Made by a program: the position numbers and the translations under genes. A stretch of DNA of 64,000 nucleotides from Neomegalonema perideroedes DSM 15528 (GTDB lineage Bacteria > Pseudomonadota > Alphaproteobacteria > Rhodobacterales > Rhodobacteraceae), in the NCBI RefSeq assembly GCF_000374145.1, contig NZ_KB893654.1:520995-584994 (forward strand), written 5' to 3'. Positions 1-9,462 of the stretch are shown here, piece by piece. Below the pieces are notes generated by a model that worked only from the letters and a program-made list of their open reading frames with translations, was not told the DNA's origin and searched no databases. The first letter of the stretch is position 1. Every line of letters starts with the position of its first letter.

Positions 1-240
1 GGCGGCGGCCTGCTCGGCGGGGGAGAGCTGGGAGATCTCCGTTCTGTGGATGCTCCGGATCTCGCCCGTCCCGAGGTTCAGGGCGTTGATCGAGGGGCAG
101 GGCGCCCGCACGCACAGCAAGCCGTTCTGGCAGGCGATCCACGCGCTTTGGCGCGGAAAGGCCGAGCGCGCGGCGGCGGGCGAAGCGAGGGCGAGGCCCA
201 GCAAGCCGAAGGCCGCAAGGCGCGGAAGGGGGAAGGGCAT
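1..240 (-). CDS. small secreted protein, paralog A (5' part; C-terminus lies outside the window)
   Basis: Reverse-strand ATG at 238-240. Hand translation gives MPFPLPRLAAFGLLGLALASPAAA... (signal peptide) followed by WIACQNGLLCVRAPCPS. Paralogous to the next gene. Confidence 0.55.
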   Translation of the reverse strand, partial: MPFPLPRLAAFGLLGLALASPAAARSAFPRQSAWIACQNGLLCVRAPCPSINALNLGTGEIRSIHRTEISQLSPAEQAAA

Positions 241-269
241 GGGCGTTCTCCTGAATATGGAGCGGCGGG

Positions 270-701
270 CTAGCGGCCTCGACAAAGCGCCGCCGCTTCC
301 TCCGGCGCGGGGCCGATCACCGAAGAGATCACCAGAACCGGGCGGCTGCGGGGCTCTCCGCCTTCGGGGAGCGTGAAGGGCCGCTCCTCGATATGGCCGA
401 TCACCGCGAGCGTGCCGTAATAGAGCCCGCGCTCTTCGTTCAGCCGCGTCCGCTCCTCCGGAGTCAGGGGCGAGGCGTCGAAATCCACGCCATGGACGCG
501 CGCCTGCGCGTCAAGGTCATAGGCGTCGCGCGCGGGGCAGGGCGCCCGGACGCAGCGCAGGCCGTTGTCGCAGGCCACGAAGCGCGCGCCGGGCGGCTCG
601 ATGGGCGCGGGAGGCTCCAGAGCGGCGGCGGGGGCCGCGCAGATCAGGGCGAAGGCGAGGGCCGGGAGAGGAGAAAAGCGGGGAGTCGGAAAGCGGGACA
701 T
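270..701 (-). CDS. small secreted protein, paralog B (143 aa)
   Basis: ORF track 270..701. N-terminal signal-like segment (ALAFALICAAPAAA), then FVACDNGLRCVRAPCPA. Same motif as paralog A. Confidence 0.55.
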   Translation of the reverse strand: MSRFPTPRFSPLPALAFALICAAPAAALEPPAPIEPPGARFVACDNGLRCVRAPCPARDAYDLDAQARVHGVDFDASPLTPEERTRLNEERGLYYGTLAVIGHIEERPFTLPEGGEPRSRPVLVISSVIGPAPEEAAALCRGR

Positions 702-785
702 GAGGCCGAAGCTCCTGAAAAAGGCGCGGCTGCGTCGATGGGAGGCGGGCGCGCGGCGCTCCGTCTCCCTTGCGTCCTTGAGGGC

Positions 786-1175
786 TCAGCGCCAGAGCGG
801 CGGCGGCGCCGGACGATCCCAGGCGCCGGGCCAGCCTCCGCCCCAATGCGGAGGGCCGCCCCATCCGCCGCCTCCCCATCCCCCGCCCCCCCATCCCCCG
901 CCCCAAGAGGGCGGAGGCGGCCAGCCCCGGCCGGGCAGAGGCCGCGGAACTTCGCTCCATCCTCCGCCCCATTCTCCGGGCGCGTCGCAGAAGCAGGGGG
1001 CCTTGACGCAATAACAGGGCGGGCGCGGCGCGGGCGCGACGATGGCCGGATAGCCGGGGGAATAGCCGGGAGGAACGAGGATGGTCGGCGCCGGATAGGC
1101 GTAGCTTTGCGCCGCGGCCGGTCCGGCCAGAGCGAGCGCCAATCCGAAAGCGCCGAGGGAGAGGAGGCGGGACAT
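786..1175 (-). CDS. secreted Gly/Trp-rich (GGGW-repeat) protein, 129 aa
   Basis: ORF 786..1175. Signal peptide MSRLLSLGAFGLALALAGPAAAQ. Carries CYCVKAPCFC, then repeated GGGW/WGGGGW units. Confidence 0.5.
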   Translation of the reverse strand: MSRLLSLGAFGLALALAGPAAAQSYAYPAPTILVPPGYSPGYPAIVAPAPRPPCYCVKAPCFCDAPGEWGGGWSEVPRPLPGRGWPPPPSWGGGWGGGGWGGGGWGGPPHWGGGWPGAWDRPAPPPLWR

Positions 1176-1333
1176 CGCGATCTCCTGAAAGGCGAGGCTT
1201 CAATCTGATTTCAACCCTGCGCCGGGTGTAAGGCGCGATTGCGGCGCGAGCGCGGCGAAAGCGTGAAGAGCGGATGATTGACAAGCCCTCGCCGAAGGCG
1301 TCGATAGGCGGGGCCTCGTCAAAGGAGAAGCTG

Positions 1334-2029
1334 ATGTCCGCTCCCATCGAACTGCATACCTGGGTCACCCCGAACGGCTATAAGGTCTCCATCGCCCTTG
1401 AGGAGATGGGCCTGCCCTATGAAATCCGCTGGGTGAACATCGGCAAAAACGAGCAATTCGCGCCGGAGTTCCTCGCCTTGTCGCCGAACAACCGCATTCC
1501 GGCGATCCTCGATCCCGAAGGCCCCGACGGCGCCCCGATCGCGCTCTTCGAATCGGGGGCGATCCTGCAATATCTCGGACGCAAGACCGGGAAATTTTAT
1601 CCCGAGGATCCGCGCGCCCGCGCTGAGGTCGAGCAATGGCTCTTCTGGCAGATGGGCGGCGTGGGGCCGATGGCCGGTCAGGCGCATCATTTTTTGCGCT
1701 TCGCGCCCGAGGACGTGCCTTATGGCAAAAAGCGCTACTCCAGCGAGGTGGCGCGGCTTTACGGCGTCCTCGACAAGCGCCTCGCAGGCCGCGACTTCGT
1801 GGCGGGCGAATATTCCATCGCGGATATGGCGCTTTGGCCTTGGGTGCGGCTCTGGGAGATGCAGGCTCAGGATATTTCGGAGCTGAAGAATCTCTCCGCA
1901 TGGCTGGAGCGCGTGGGCGGGCGTCCGGCGGTTCAGAAGGGCCTGATCGGGCAGGATGAGGCCAAGCGGGTCAATCCTGCGGCGCCGAGCCTCGCCAAAC
2001 AGCTTTTCGAGGCCGGAAAGATCGGATGA
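1334..2029 (+). CDS. glutathione S-transferase (Nu-class, YghU/YfcG-like)
   Basis: ORF 1274..2029. First ATG at 1334 (MSAPIELHTW...) is preceded by aaaggagaag. Typical GST N- and C-terminal domain sequence. Confidence 0.8.
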   Translation: MSAPIELHTWVTPNGYKVSIALEEMGLPYEIRWVNIGKNEQFAPEFLALSPNNRIPAILDPEGPDGAPIALFESGAILQYLGRKTGKFYPEDPRARAEVEQWLFWQMGGVGPMAGQAHHFLRFAPEDVPYGKKRYSSEVARLYGVLDKRLAGRDFVAGEYSIADMALWPWVRLWEMQAQDISELKNLSAWLERVGGRPAVQKGLIGQDEAKRVNPAAPSLAKQLFEAGKIG

Positions 2030-2060
2030 TCCGCGCGGATCCCGGTCTGGGGTGGTCGTC

Positions 2061-2351
2061 ATGCTCCGCATCGTGACCTTGCCGCGGATCGGCCTGCTGC
2101 TGTTGGGGATTCTGGTCGGGATGACCTTCGGGCCTCGGCTGCGCGATTGGGTCGATCCGAGGCCGCCTGATCTGAACCACGCCGCAGGAGGCGAAGAGTG
2201 CATCGGGCGGGCCTTGCGCGGCGAGCCGGGGGAATGCGTCAAGACGGAGCTTTCGCCCGGCTGCCTCCGCATCGACCGGCCTTCGGACGGCGCGGCGGCC
2301 ATGCTCTGCCGGATGGGCGACGGCTGGGTGGGAAGCGCCGCGCCCAGATGA
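2061..2351 (+). CDS. small hypothetical membrane/secreted protein
   Basis: Internal ATG at 2061 of ORF 1956..2351 (MLRIVTLPRIGLLLLGILVG...). A hydrophobic N-terminus is the only support. Confidence 0.3.
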   Translation: MLRIVTLPRIGLLLLGILVGMTFGPRLRDWVDPRPPDLNHAAGGEECIGRALRGEPGECVKTELSPGCLRIDRPSDGAAAMLCRMGDGWVGSAAPR

Positions 2352-2384
2352 AAAAAGGCGGCCCCGATCTTCGGAGCCGCCGCG
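2352..2384 (-). terminator. rho-independent terminator downstream of the lysyl-tRNA synthetase gene
   Basis: Hairpin GGCGGCcccgatcttcggaGCCGCC. On the minus strand it is followed by TTTTTT (plus-strand aaaaaa at 2351-2356). Confidence 0.6.
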
Positions 2385-2407
2385 TTCTTCAAGCTCAGGG
2401 CTGAAGC

Positions 2408-3997
2408 TCAGGCTTGGGCCGCGCCCTTGGCCAGAGCCTCGTCGATGAGGGTCGCCGTGGCCTCGACGCCGTAAAGCGCCGCGAAGCCGCCGAAGCGCGG
2501 GCCTTCCTCTTGGCCCAAAAGCACCTCGTAGAGCGCCTTGAACCAATCGCGCAGATTCTCGAAGCCATGGGCCTTGCCGACCTCATAGGCGATGTCCTGC
2601 AAGGCTTTGGCGTCGGCCTCCACAGGGGCGTTGCGCAATTGCAGCGCCAGATCCGCGAAGGCCGCGCGCTCGCGCTCGGTGGGCAGGCGGTAATTGCGCT
2701 TCACCTGATCCGTGGCGAAGCGCGCCGCTTGAGCCGCCGCCGCGTCGAGGCCGGGATGGGTCTCGGGCGAGGCGCCGGGGACGTAGCGGCGGATGAAGCC
2801 CCACATCTTCGAGGCGTCTTCGGCGCCCGAGGCGATGGCCAGATTCTGGAGCATGGCGAAGGTGATCGGCAGATCGCTTTGCGGCGGATTCCCCTGATGC
2901 ACATGCCAGACCGGGTTTTCGAGCCGCGCGGCCTCGTCCTGCCGCTCGAAAGCGCCGAGCTGCTGATGATATTCGTCCACGGCCTTCGGAATCACCGAGA
3001 AATAGAGCCGCTTGGCGGTGCGGGGCTTCTGGAACATGTAATAGCCGAGGCTCTCCGGCGAGGCGTAGGTGAGCCATTGCTCCATGGTCAGGCCGTTGCC
3101 CTTGGATTTGGAGATCTTCTTGCCTTCCTCATCGAGGAAATGCTCATAGATATAGGTTTCGGGCGGGGTCTCGCCGAGGGCCTGACAAATCTCGGTCGCC
3201 AGCTCCACCGAGGCGATGAGATCCTTGCCGGACATCTCGTAATCCACGCCGAGGGCCGCCCAGCGCATGCCGAAATCGGGCTTCCATTGCAGCTTGCAAT
3301 TCCCGTCCAACACCGAGATTTCGACCTTCTCGCCGTCCGGCTCGGCGTAGACGATGGTGCCCTTGGAGAGATTGCGCTCAAGGGTCTTGGTCTGGAGCAC
3401 CTTGCCGGTCTTGGGCGAGATCGGCATGAAGGGCGAATAAGTGTCGAGGCGCTCCTCGTTCACGCCGCCGAGGCTCGGAATCATGATCGCCATGATGGCG
3501 TCGAAGCGCTCCAGCACCCGCAGCAGCATGGGGTTGAAGACGCCCGACTTATAACGCTCGGTCGCCGACTGGAATTCATATTCGAAGCCGAAGCGGTCGA
3601 GGAAGTCGCGGAGCATGGCGTTGTTATGCTCGCCGAAGCTCGGGAATTTCTCGAAGGGATCCGGCACTTGGGTCAGGGGCTTGTCGAGATTGGCCTTGAG
3701 CAGCTCCTGATTGGGCACGTTGCCCGGCACCTTGCGCAACCCGTCGAGATCGTCGGAGAAGCAGAAGAGCCGCGTCGGGATCCCCGGCGCCATCAGCTCG
3801 AAGGCGCGGCGGACCATGGTCGCGCGCATGACTTCGCCGAAGGTGCCCAGATGCGGCAGGCCCGAAGGCCCATAGCCCGTCTCAAACAGCACATAGCCTT
3901 TTTCCGGAGTCTTCCCGCCGATGCGTTTGACGATTCTGCGCGCCTCTTCGAACGGCCAGACGCGGGCGTTCAGGGCGAGTTCTTGCAAATTCGTCAT
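2408..3997 (-). CDS. lysK: lysyl-tRNA synthetase, class I
   Basis: ORF 2408..4222, with the internal start MTNLQELAL at 3997. HLGTFGEV (HIGH-type) and KISKSKG (KMSKS) motifs are present. This is the class I LysRS architecture typical of alphaproteobacteria. Confidence 0.9.
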   Translation of the reverse strand: MTNLQELALNARVWPFEEARRIVKRIGGKTPEKGYVLFETGYGPSGLPHLGTFGEVMRATMVRRAFELMAPGIPTRLFCFSDDLDGLRKVPGNVPNQELLKANLDKPLTQVPDPFEKFPSFGEHNNAMLRDFLDRFGFEYEFQSATERYKSGVFNPMLLRVLERFDAIMAIMIPSLGGVNEERLDTYSPFMPISPKTGKVLQTKTLERNLSKGTIVYAEPDGEKVEISVLDGNCKLQWKPDFGMRWAALGVDYEMSGKDLIASVELATEICQALGETPPETYIYEHFLDEEGKKISKSKGNGLTMEQWLTYASPESLGYYMFQKPRTAKRLYFSVIPKAVDEYHQQLGAFERQDEAARLENPVWHVHQGNPPQSDLPITFAMLQNLAIASGAEDASKMWGFIRRYVPGASPETHPGLDAAAAQAARFATDQVKRNYRLPTERERAAFADLALQLRNAPVEADAKALQDIAYEVGKAHGFENLRDWFKALYEVLLGQEEGPRFGGFAALYGVEATATLIDEALAKGAAQA

Positions 3998-4109
3998 CTT
4001 CGAGTCTCCATAGCGCCCGCTTCCGCGCGGCGCGCTCAGGCTTGACGCCGCCGATGCGGCGCGTCTTGTGGCTGTAAAGCGCGGCGCGGGGGGGGTCAAG
4101 AAGGGGAAT

Positions 4110-4679
4110 ATGGAGGCGAGCATGGGCGGCGTGGTTCTGGAGACGGATCGTTTGATTCTGCGTCCGCCGGAGAAGGGCGATCTCGGCTTCTGGGCCGAGA
4201 AGATGGCCGATCCTGAGGCCATGCTGCATTTCGGCGGGCCTCAGCCGCTGCAAGGCGCATGGCGGGCCATGGCGATGATCTCCGGCGCTTGGAGCCTCGA
4301 CGGGGCTTCGCTGTTTTCGGTGATTGAAAAAGACTCCGGGCGCTGGCTCGGGCGGGTGGGGCCTTGGTTCCCGCCCGGCTGGCCCGCGCCGGAGATCGGA
4401 TGGGCTCTGGACCCACGCTTCTGGGGGCGCGGCTACGCCACCGAGGCCGCCGCCCGCGCCATGGATTGGGCCTTTGAGGATCTCGGCTGGACGGAGGCGG
4501 TCCATGTCATCGCTCCGGCGAATCTCGCTTCGGCGGCGGTGGCGCAAAGGCTCGGCTCGCGGCTGCGGGGGATGATCGACTCGCCCGGCCTGCCGACGCC
4601 CGGCGCGCCGCCCAAGCCGCAGGTTCAGCTCTGGGGCCAGAGCCGCGAGGAATGGCGGACGCGTCGCCGGGGCGGTTGA
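4110..4679 (+). CDS. GNAT family N-acetyltransferase (RimJ/RimL-like)
   Basis: ORF 4068..4679. ATG at 4110 follows aagggg. The [11 protein letters not shown]...[17 protein letters not shown] motif pattern is typical of GNAT acetyltransferases. Confidence 0.75.
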   Translation: MEASMGGVVLETDRLILRPPEKGDLGFWAEKMADPEAMLHFGGPQPLQGAWRAMAMISGAWSLDGASLFSVIEKDSGRWLGRVGPWFPPGWPAPEIGWALDPRFWGRGYATEAAARAMDWAFEDLGWTEAVHVIAPANLASAAVAQRLGSRLRGMIDSPGLPTPGAPPKPQVQLWGQSREEWRTRRRGG

Positions 4680-4762
4680 CCCCCGCGCTTCTGGATTTTC
4701 CCGCGCGGCTTCGTTACATCCGGGAGGCGGGTTTTGAGGCTGGTTTCTCTGGGAGACGCGGC

Positions 4763-6415
4763 ATGAGCGGTTTCGAGATTTTTCTGGGCGGCGGCGGCGA
4801 AGCCTATGACCAGCCGCAGAATCTCTTGCTGAAATACGGGAACCGCCATGGCCTGATCGCCGGAGCCACCGGAACCGGCAAGACCGTGACGCTCCAGATC
4901 ATGGCCGAATCCTTTTCGCGGGCGGGCGTGCCGGTCTTTCTGGCGGATGTGAAGGGCGATCTGGCGGGATTGTCTCAGGCTGCGGATCCGGCCTCGCCCA
5001 AGTGGAGGGGCTTCGCCGAGCGCGCCGCCTCCATCGGCGAGACGGATTATGCGCCCGAGTCCTTCCCTGTGGTCTTTTGGGATCTCTTCGGCGCGCAGGG
5101 GCACCCGATCCGCGCGACGGTCTCCGAGATGGGGCCCTTGCTGCTCTCGCGGCTGATGGATCTCAACGAGGTTCAGGAGGGCGTGCTCAACATCGCCTTC
5201 CGCGTCGCCGACGACGGCGGGCTTTTGCTGCTCGATATGAAGGATCTGCGGGCGATCCTCCAGCATGTCGCGGAGAACGCGGCGGAGATCTCCGCGAATT
5301 ACGGGCAGGTCGCGGCGGCCAGCGTGGGCGCGATTCAGCGGCGGCTTCTCGTGCTGGAGAACGAAGGCGCCGAAAGCTTCTTCGGCGAGCCCGCCCTTGA
5401 TCTGCGCCATATGATGATGCGCGCGCCGGATGGGCGCGGACAGGTCAACATCCTCGCCGCCGATAAGCTCATGCAGTCGCCGCGGCTCTATGCGATCTTC
5501 CTGCTCTGGCTGCTTTCGGAGCTCTTCGAGGTTTTGCCCGAGGTGGGCGATCCTGAAAAACCGAAATTCGTCTTCTTCTTCGACGAGGCGCATCTGCTCT
5601 TCAACGAAGCGCCGAAGGCTCTGCTCGCGAAGATCGAGATGGTGGCCCGTCTGATCCGCTCGAAGGGGGTGGGGGTCTATTTCATCTCGCAAAACCCCAT
5701 CGACATCCCGGACGCTGTGCTCGGGCAGCTCGGCAACCGGGCGCAACATGCGCTCCGGGCCTTCACCCCGCGCGACGCCCGCGCCGTCAAAGCCGCCGCC
5801 GACACCTTCCGTCCCAATCCGCGTTTCGACGTGGCGCAGGCCATCGGAGAGCTCGCGGTGGGCGAGGCCCTCGTCTCGACGCTTCAGCAGGGCGGAATCC
5901 CGAGCATGGTCGAGCGCACGAAGATCCGTCCGCCGCGCTCGCGCATGGGGCCGATCTCGCCGCAGGAGCGCGCCGCCGTGGTCGCCGCCTCGCCGCTGCA
6001 CGGCTTTTACGAGGAGGCCGTGGACCGCGAATCCGCCTTCGAGATCTTGCGCGGCCGCGCCGAGGAGCCCGCTTCCGTCGCCGATGATTCGGCGGCGCGC
6101 GGCGCCGGAGATTCCGGCTATAGCTGGGAGGACTTCAAACGCGACCGCCAAAGCGGCCAAGCCTATGAGGGCCAGCCTTACGGCGGCCGAACCTCAGGCG
6201 GCCAGCCTTACGGCGGTTCTGGCGGGGGGGGAGGCGGTCGGCCCTATGGCCGGAGCGCTCCGGCTCCTGCGCCTCAGCCGAAAACCCGCGCGCCCGCCCA
6301 GCGCCGCACCGACAGCGTGGCCGAGACCATCGCCAAATCCGTGGCCCGCACCGCGACCAACCAGCTCACGCGGCAATTGGTGCGGGGCGTGCTGGGCGGC
6401 CTCTTCCGGCGCTGA
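4763..6415 (+). CDS. HerA-like helicase-domain ATPase, DUF853 (YjgR) family
   Basis: ORF 4652..6415 with ATG at 4763. Walker [10 protein letters not shown]-terminal Gly/Tyr/Pro-rich low-complexity segment (GQPYGG repeats) before the terminal basic helix. Confidence 0.75.
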   Translation: MSGFEIFLGGGGEAYDQPQNLLLKYGNRHGLIAGATGTGKTVTLQIMAESFSRAGVPVFLADVKGDLAGLSQAADPASPKWRGFAERAASIGETDYAPESFPVVFWDLFGAQGHPIRATVSEMGPLLLSRLMDLNEVQEGVLNIAFRVADDGGLLLLDMKDLRAILQHVAENAAEISANYGQVAAASVGAIQRRLLVLENEGAESFFGEPALDLRHMMMRAPDGRGQVNILAADKLMQSPRLYAIFLLWLLSELFEVLPEVGDPEKPKFVFFFDEAHLLFNEAPKALLAKIEMVARLIRSKGVGVYFISQNPIDIPDAVLGQLGNRAQHALRAFTPRDARAVKAAADTFRPNPRFDVAQAIGELAVGEALVSTLQQGGIPSMVERTKIRPPRSRMGPISPQERAAVVAASPLHGFYEEAVDRESAFEILRGRAEEPASVADDSAARGAGDSGYSWEDFKRDRQSGQAYEGQPYGGRTSGGQPYGGSGGGGGGRPYGRSAPAPAPQPKTRAPAQRRTDSVAETIAKSVARTATNQLTRQLVRGVLGGLFRR

Positions 6416-6475
6416 GTCCTGAAGCGAGGGCGGCCTTCCGCTCTCTTGGACGCTTTTTAAACCCACGGAGCCCTG

Positions 6476-6979
6476 ATGACCTCCTCGCCCAGCCTTCCGC
6501 GCTTTCTGCTCGCTTTGATTCTGGCGCCGACGCTGATCGGCGGCTTCGGCGCGGCGATGATGGCCTCGCGCGTCCCCGGGCTCGACGGGCTGGGCGCGAT
6601 CATCGCGGTCTCGATGATCGTGGGAGCGCCGACCTATTTCCTCTCCGGGGGGCCTTTGGCCTGGCGGGCGGTGAATTTGGGCGATCCGAGCCGGCGCGAC
6701 GCGGTGATCTGGGGCCTTCTGGCGAATTTCGCCTCGCTGATCCTCGCGCCTTTGCTGCTCTGGATTTATCTGACGATCTACGGTCCGATGCAGATCGATC
6801 CCGAACTCGCCCGCCGCTGGACCGAAACCGCGCCGCAGATGATGGAAAGCCGCTGGCAGCCGCTGATCTACGGGCTTTTCGTCTTTCTGCTGGGGATCGT
6901 CTTCGCGCCGCTTTACGCTTTGGCGGCTCATGGGATGGGGCGGCTTCTGCGGGTGCGTCCGCGCCTTTCCGCCGCATGA
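6476..6979 (+). CDS. hypothetical integral membrane protein (about 4 TM)
   Basis: ORF 6476..6979. Hydrophobic segments throughout. Lies 60 bp downstream of the DUF853 gene. Confidence 0.5.
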   Translation: MTSSPSLPRFLLALILAPTLIGGFGAAMMASRVPGLDGLGAIIAVSMIVGAPTYFLSGGPLAWRAVNLGDPSRRDAVIWGLLANFASLILAPLLLWIYLTIYGPMQIDPELARRWTETAPQMMESRWQPLIYGLFVFLLGIVFAPLYALAAHGMGRLLRVRPRLSAA

Positions 6980-7650
6980 TCCGTCCTTCCTCGCGTTTCG
7001 GATCGAGCCTGTTGACGGAGATCGGGCTCGTGGCGGCGGTGGGGCTGGTCCTCTCGCCGCTGGCTCTGCTGGATCTGGTCGATGAGGAGTCCTTCCCGCT
7101 TCCGCTCCTTGCGGGCTATGTGGTTCTGAACGCGCTGCGGCGCGTCGGAGAGGCGCGGGAGGCCCCGAAGCCCGCCCGCCGCGAGTCCTCCGCCGCTGCG
7201 GAGGAGCCGGAATCCCTGCGGCGGCTCGCCGCGACGGAGGCCGCTTTGACGCGCGCCCGCGCCCGGCTGCGTCGCCGCGAGGGCGCCGCGCCCGAGCTTC
7301 AGGAGATTCTGGCCGGTCTGGCGCAGGAATATCGCGCCGTCCGCCGCGCGGTTCAGGAGAGCGCGCCCGGCGCGGAGGCTCAGGCGACGCGGCTGCGGCG
7401 TCTGGCGGAATCTCTGAACGATCTGGCGCAGGCCGCCGCCGCCGCGCCGGAGTCCGAGCGGGGGCGTCAGGCCGCCGAGGCTTTGGGCGAGGCTCTGAAG
7501 CGCCTGAGCGCCCAGCGCGCCAGCCTGACCGAAATGGCCGACGAGGCGGGCTTCGAGGCCAGCCTCCAGATTCTGCGCGAACGTCTGCCGCCGGAGCCCG
7601 CCGCCGCGCGCCCCAATAAGGATCAGGCGGAGCCTCGCGGCCCCGCCTGA
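6976..7650 (+). CDS. hypothetical protein with N-terminal TM and an Ala/Arg/Glu-rich coiled-coil region
   Basis: ORF 6976..7650. Its ATGA start overlaps the stop of the previous gene, suggesting translational coupling. Confidence 0.5.
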   Translation: MIRPSSRFGSSLLTEIGLVAAVGLVLSPLALLDLVDEESFPLPLLAGYVVLNALRRVGEAREAPKPARRESSAAAEEPESLRRLAATEAALTRARARLRRREGAAPELQEILAGLAQEYRAVRRAVQESAPGAEAQATRLRRLAESLNDLAQAAAAAPESERGRQAAEALGEALKRLSAQRASLTEMADEAGFEASLQILRERLPPEPAAARPNKDQAEPRGPA

Positions 7651-7689
7651 CGTCATCTCTGGTTCGGAAAAGGCTTGGATCAGCCGCCC

Positions 7690-9462
7690 TTATTGGCCGA
7701 GATCGGCGACATAGGCGTTCATTTTGGCGGCGATGTTCTCACGGCGGGTCTTGAATTCCTCAAGCTCGGCCTTCTCCAGCCGCAGACCGCCGATGTCCTG
7801 CAGCTTCATCGGGTCGATCTTCACGCCTTCCTTGACCACTTCGAAATGAAGATGGGGGCCGGTGGAGTTGCCCGTGCTGCCGACGTAGCCGATGATCTGA
7901 CCCTGATTCACCCGCGAGCCGCGCTTCACTTCCTTATGGAAGTTGGACATATGCGCATAGGCGGTGGTGAACTGGTTGTTGTGCTTGATCTCGACGTAAT
8001 TGCCGTAGCCGCCGACCCAGCCGCGCCGCGTGACCACGCCGTCGCCCGCCGCGATGATCGGCGTGCCGGTGGGGGCGGCGAAGTCCACGCCCTGATGCAT
8101 GCGGGTGTAGCCGCTGATCGGATGGCGCCGCGTGCCGAAGCGCGAGGAGACCCGCCCCTCGACCGGCGTGCGGATGATGGCGCGACGGTTGGACTCGCCT
8201 TTTTCGTCGAAATAGGCGGCGCGTCCGTCCTCGCGCTCGAAGCGGTAGAAGGCGTGGCGTTTGCCGCGCACGTTCAGAGCGGCGTAGAGGATCGGGCCGT
8301 CCTGCAGCGCGCCCGAATCGTCGGGGCGGCGGTCGAACATGATCTCGAAGACGTCGCCGCGGCGGATGTCGCGCTCGAAATCCACGCTATGGCGGAAAAG
8401 CTCGACGAAGGAGGCGATCTGACCGGCGCTCAGGCCCTGATCCACGCCCGTCTCGTAGATGCTGCCGGAGACCCGCGCCTGAAACATCCGTTCGGCGTGG
8501 CGGGCGGCGGCGGTCTGCGGACGCGCGGCGGGGGCGGGCGAGCTGCTCGGCGCGGAGGAGGCGGGCGCGGCGGCGGGCGGCGTCAGGGCGGCGCGCACCA
8601 CGGGCGGCTCCTCCCAGAAATTCGCCGCCGAGGAGAGCCAGCGCATGCTCAGGACTTGCGTCCCGCTGTTGTAGATGCTGAGCTTCTGGAGCGTCGCGCC
8701 CGAGCGGTCGTTGGGGATGGAGGTGATCTGCACCCGGTCCCCGTCGTTGAGGCGGCGCGGGCTGTCGCCATAGGCGCTGCTCACCGCCACTTCGGCCTCG
8801 GTCTCGGAGACGCCTTCGGCCAACAGCAGGGAATAAAGCGTGTCGCCTTCTTTGGCGACCAGCTCTTTGGTGCTGGGGCCGAGCGCGGCGAGGGCGTCCG
8901 CCAGAGGCGCGCCCGCCGAGAGGTCGCCCACCTGCGGCGCATAGGCGCGCGGCGCGGAGGGATGCGGATCGGCGTAGGCGAAAAGCTGGTCGGGCATGGG
9001 CGGCGCGCGCAGGCCGCCGGGCAGCAGGCTCGGACGGGGCGCGACCCGCGGCACGGAGACGGCTTCGGCGCGCTCCTGCGGGGTGGCGCGGACGCCCGAG
9101 GCGAAGAGGCCGCCGTCGGCGCGGCTCAGAGCCAGATCGCCGTATTCCCGCGCCGAGGCGGGCGCGATCTCGGAGGCGCCGCGAAACAGCGCGCCGCCGT
9201 GGCGCCCGGCGCCCGCAGGGGCGGAGAGGGCGGCGGTCTCGACGTCGCCCGTCGCGAGGCGGGCGGCGCCTTCTTCGGAGGAGAGAGGATCGAGGGCGGC
9301 GAAATAAGAGGGTTCGGCGGCGGGGCGGGCCGCGTAGACCTGCCAGGCGCCCCCGAGGGCCGCGAGGGAGACGACGGCGGCCGCGGTTTTGCGGCTGAGA
9401 ATCTGGCGCCGCACAATGAAGCCGAGGGCTTCGCGCAGGGTTTCAGGCGCATGTAAGGTCAT
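7690..9462 (-). CDS. M23 family metallopeptidase (LytM-domain, cell-wall endopeptidase-like)
   Basis: ORF 7690..9462. C-terminal HQGVDFAAP...GNYVEIKH...GSTGNSTGPHLHFEV is the M23 signature. N-terminal TM/signal and a Pro/Ala-rich linker. Confidence 0.85.
   Translation of the reverse strand: MTLHAPETLREALGFIVRRQILSRKTAAAVVSLAALGGAWQVYAARPAAEPSYFAALDPLSSEEGAARLATGDVETAALSAPAGAGRHGGALFRGASEIAPASAREYGDLALSRADGGLFASGVRATPQERAEAVSVPRVAPRPSLLPGGLRAPPMPDQLFAYADPHPSAPRAYAPQVGDLSAGAPLADALAALGPSTKELVAKEGDTLYSLLLAEGVSETEAEVAVSSAYGDSPRRLNDGDRVQITSIPNDRSGATLQKLSIYNSGTQVLSMRWLSSAANFWEEPPVVRAALTPPAAAPASSAPSSSPAPAARPQTAAARHAERMFQARVSGSIYETGVDQGLSAGQIASFVELFRHSVDFERDIRRGDVFEIMFDRRPDDSGALQDGPILYAALNVRGKRHAFYRFEREDGRAAYFDEKGESNRRAIIRTPVEGRVSSRFGTRRHPISGYTRMHQGVDFAAPTGTPIIAAGDGVVTRRGWVGGYGNYVEIKHNNQFTTAYAHMSNFHKEVKRGSRVNQGQIIGYVGSTGNSTGPHLHFEVVKEGVKIDPMKLQDIGGLRLEKAELEEFKTRRENIAAKMNAYVADLGQ

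Noticed and set aside
2414-4045. 543-aa plus-strand ORF
   Set aside because: It is antisense to the class I lysyl-tRNA synthetase gene, which carries clear HIGH/KMSKS motifs. Its composition is Arg/Gly/Ala/Leu junk.
4625-6160. 511-aa minus-strand ORF, plus similar long antisense ORFs at 7675..9456, 24083..25678, 31127..32626, 34448..36103, 45245..46924 and 47674..49317
   Set aside because: Each is antisense to a gene with strong family signatures (DUF853 ATPase, M23 peptidase, fadL, SPFH protein, TPR protein, M16 peptidase, guaB). They are high-GC artefacts.
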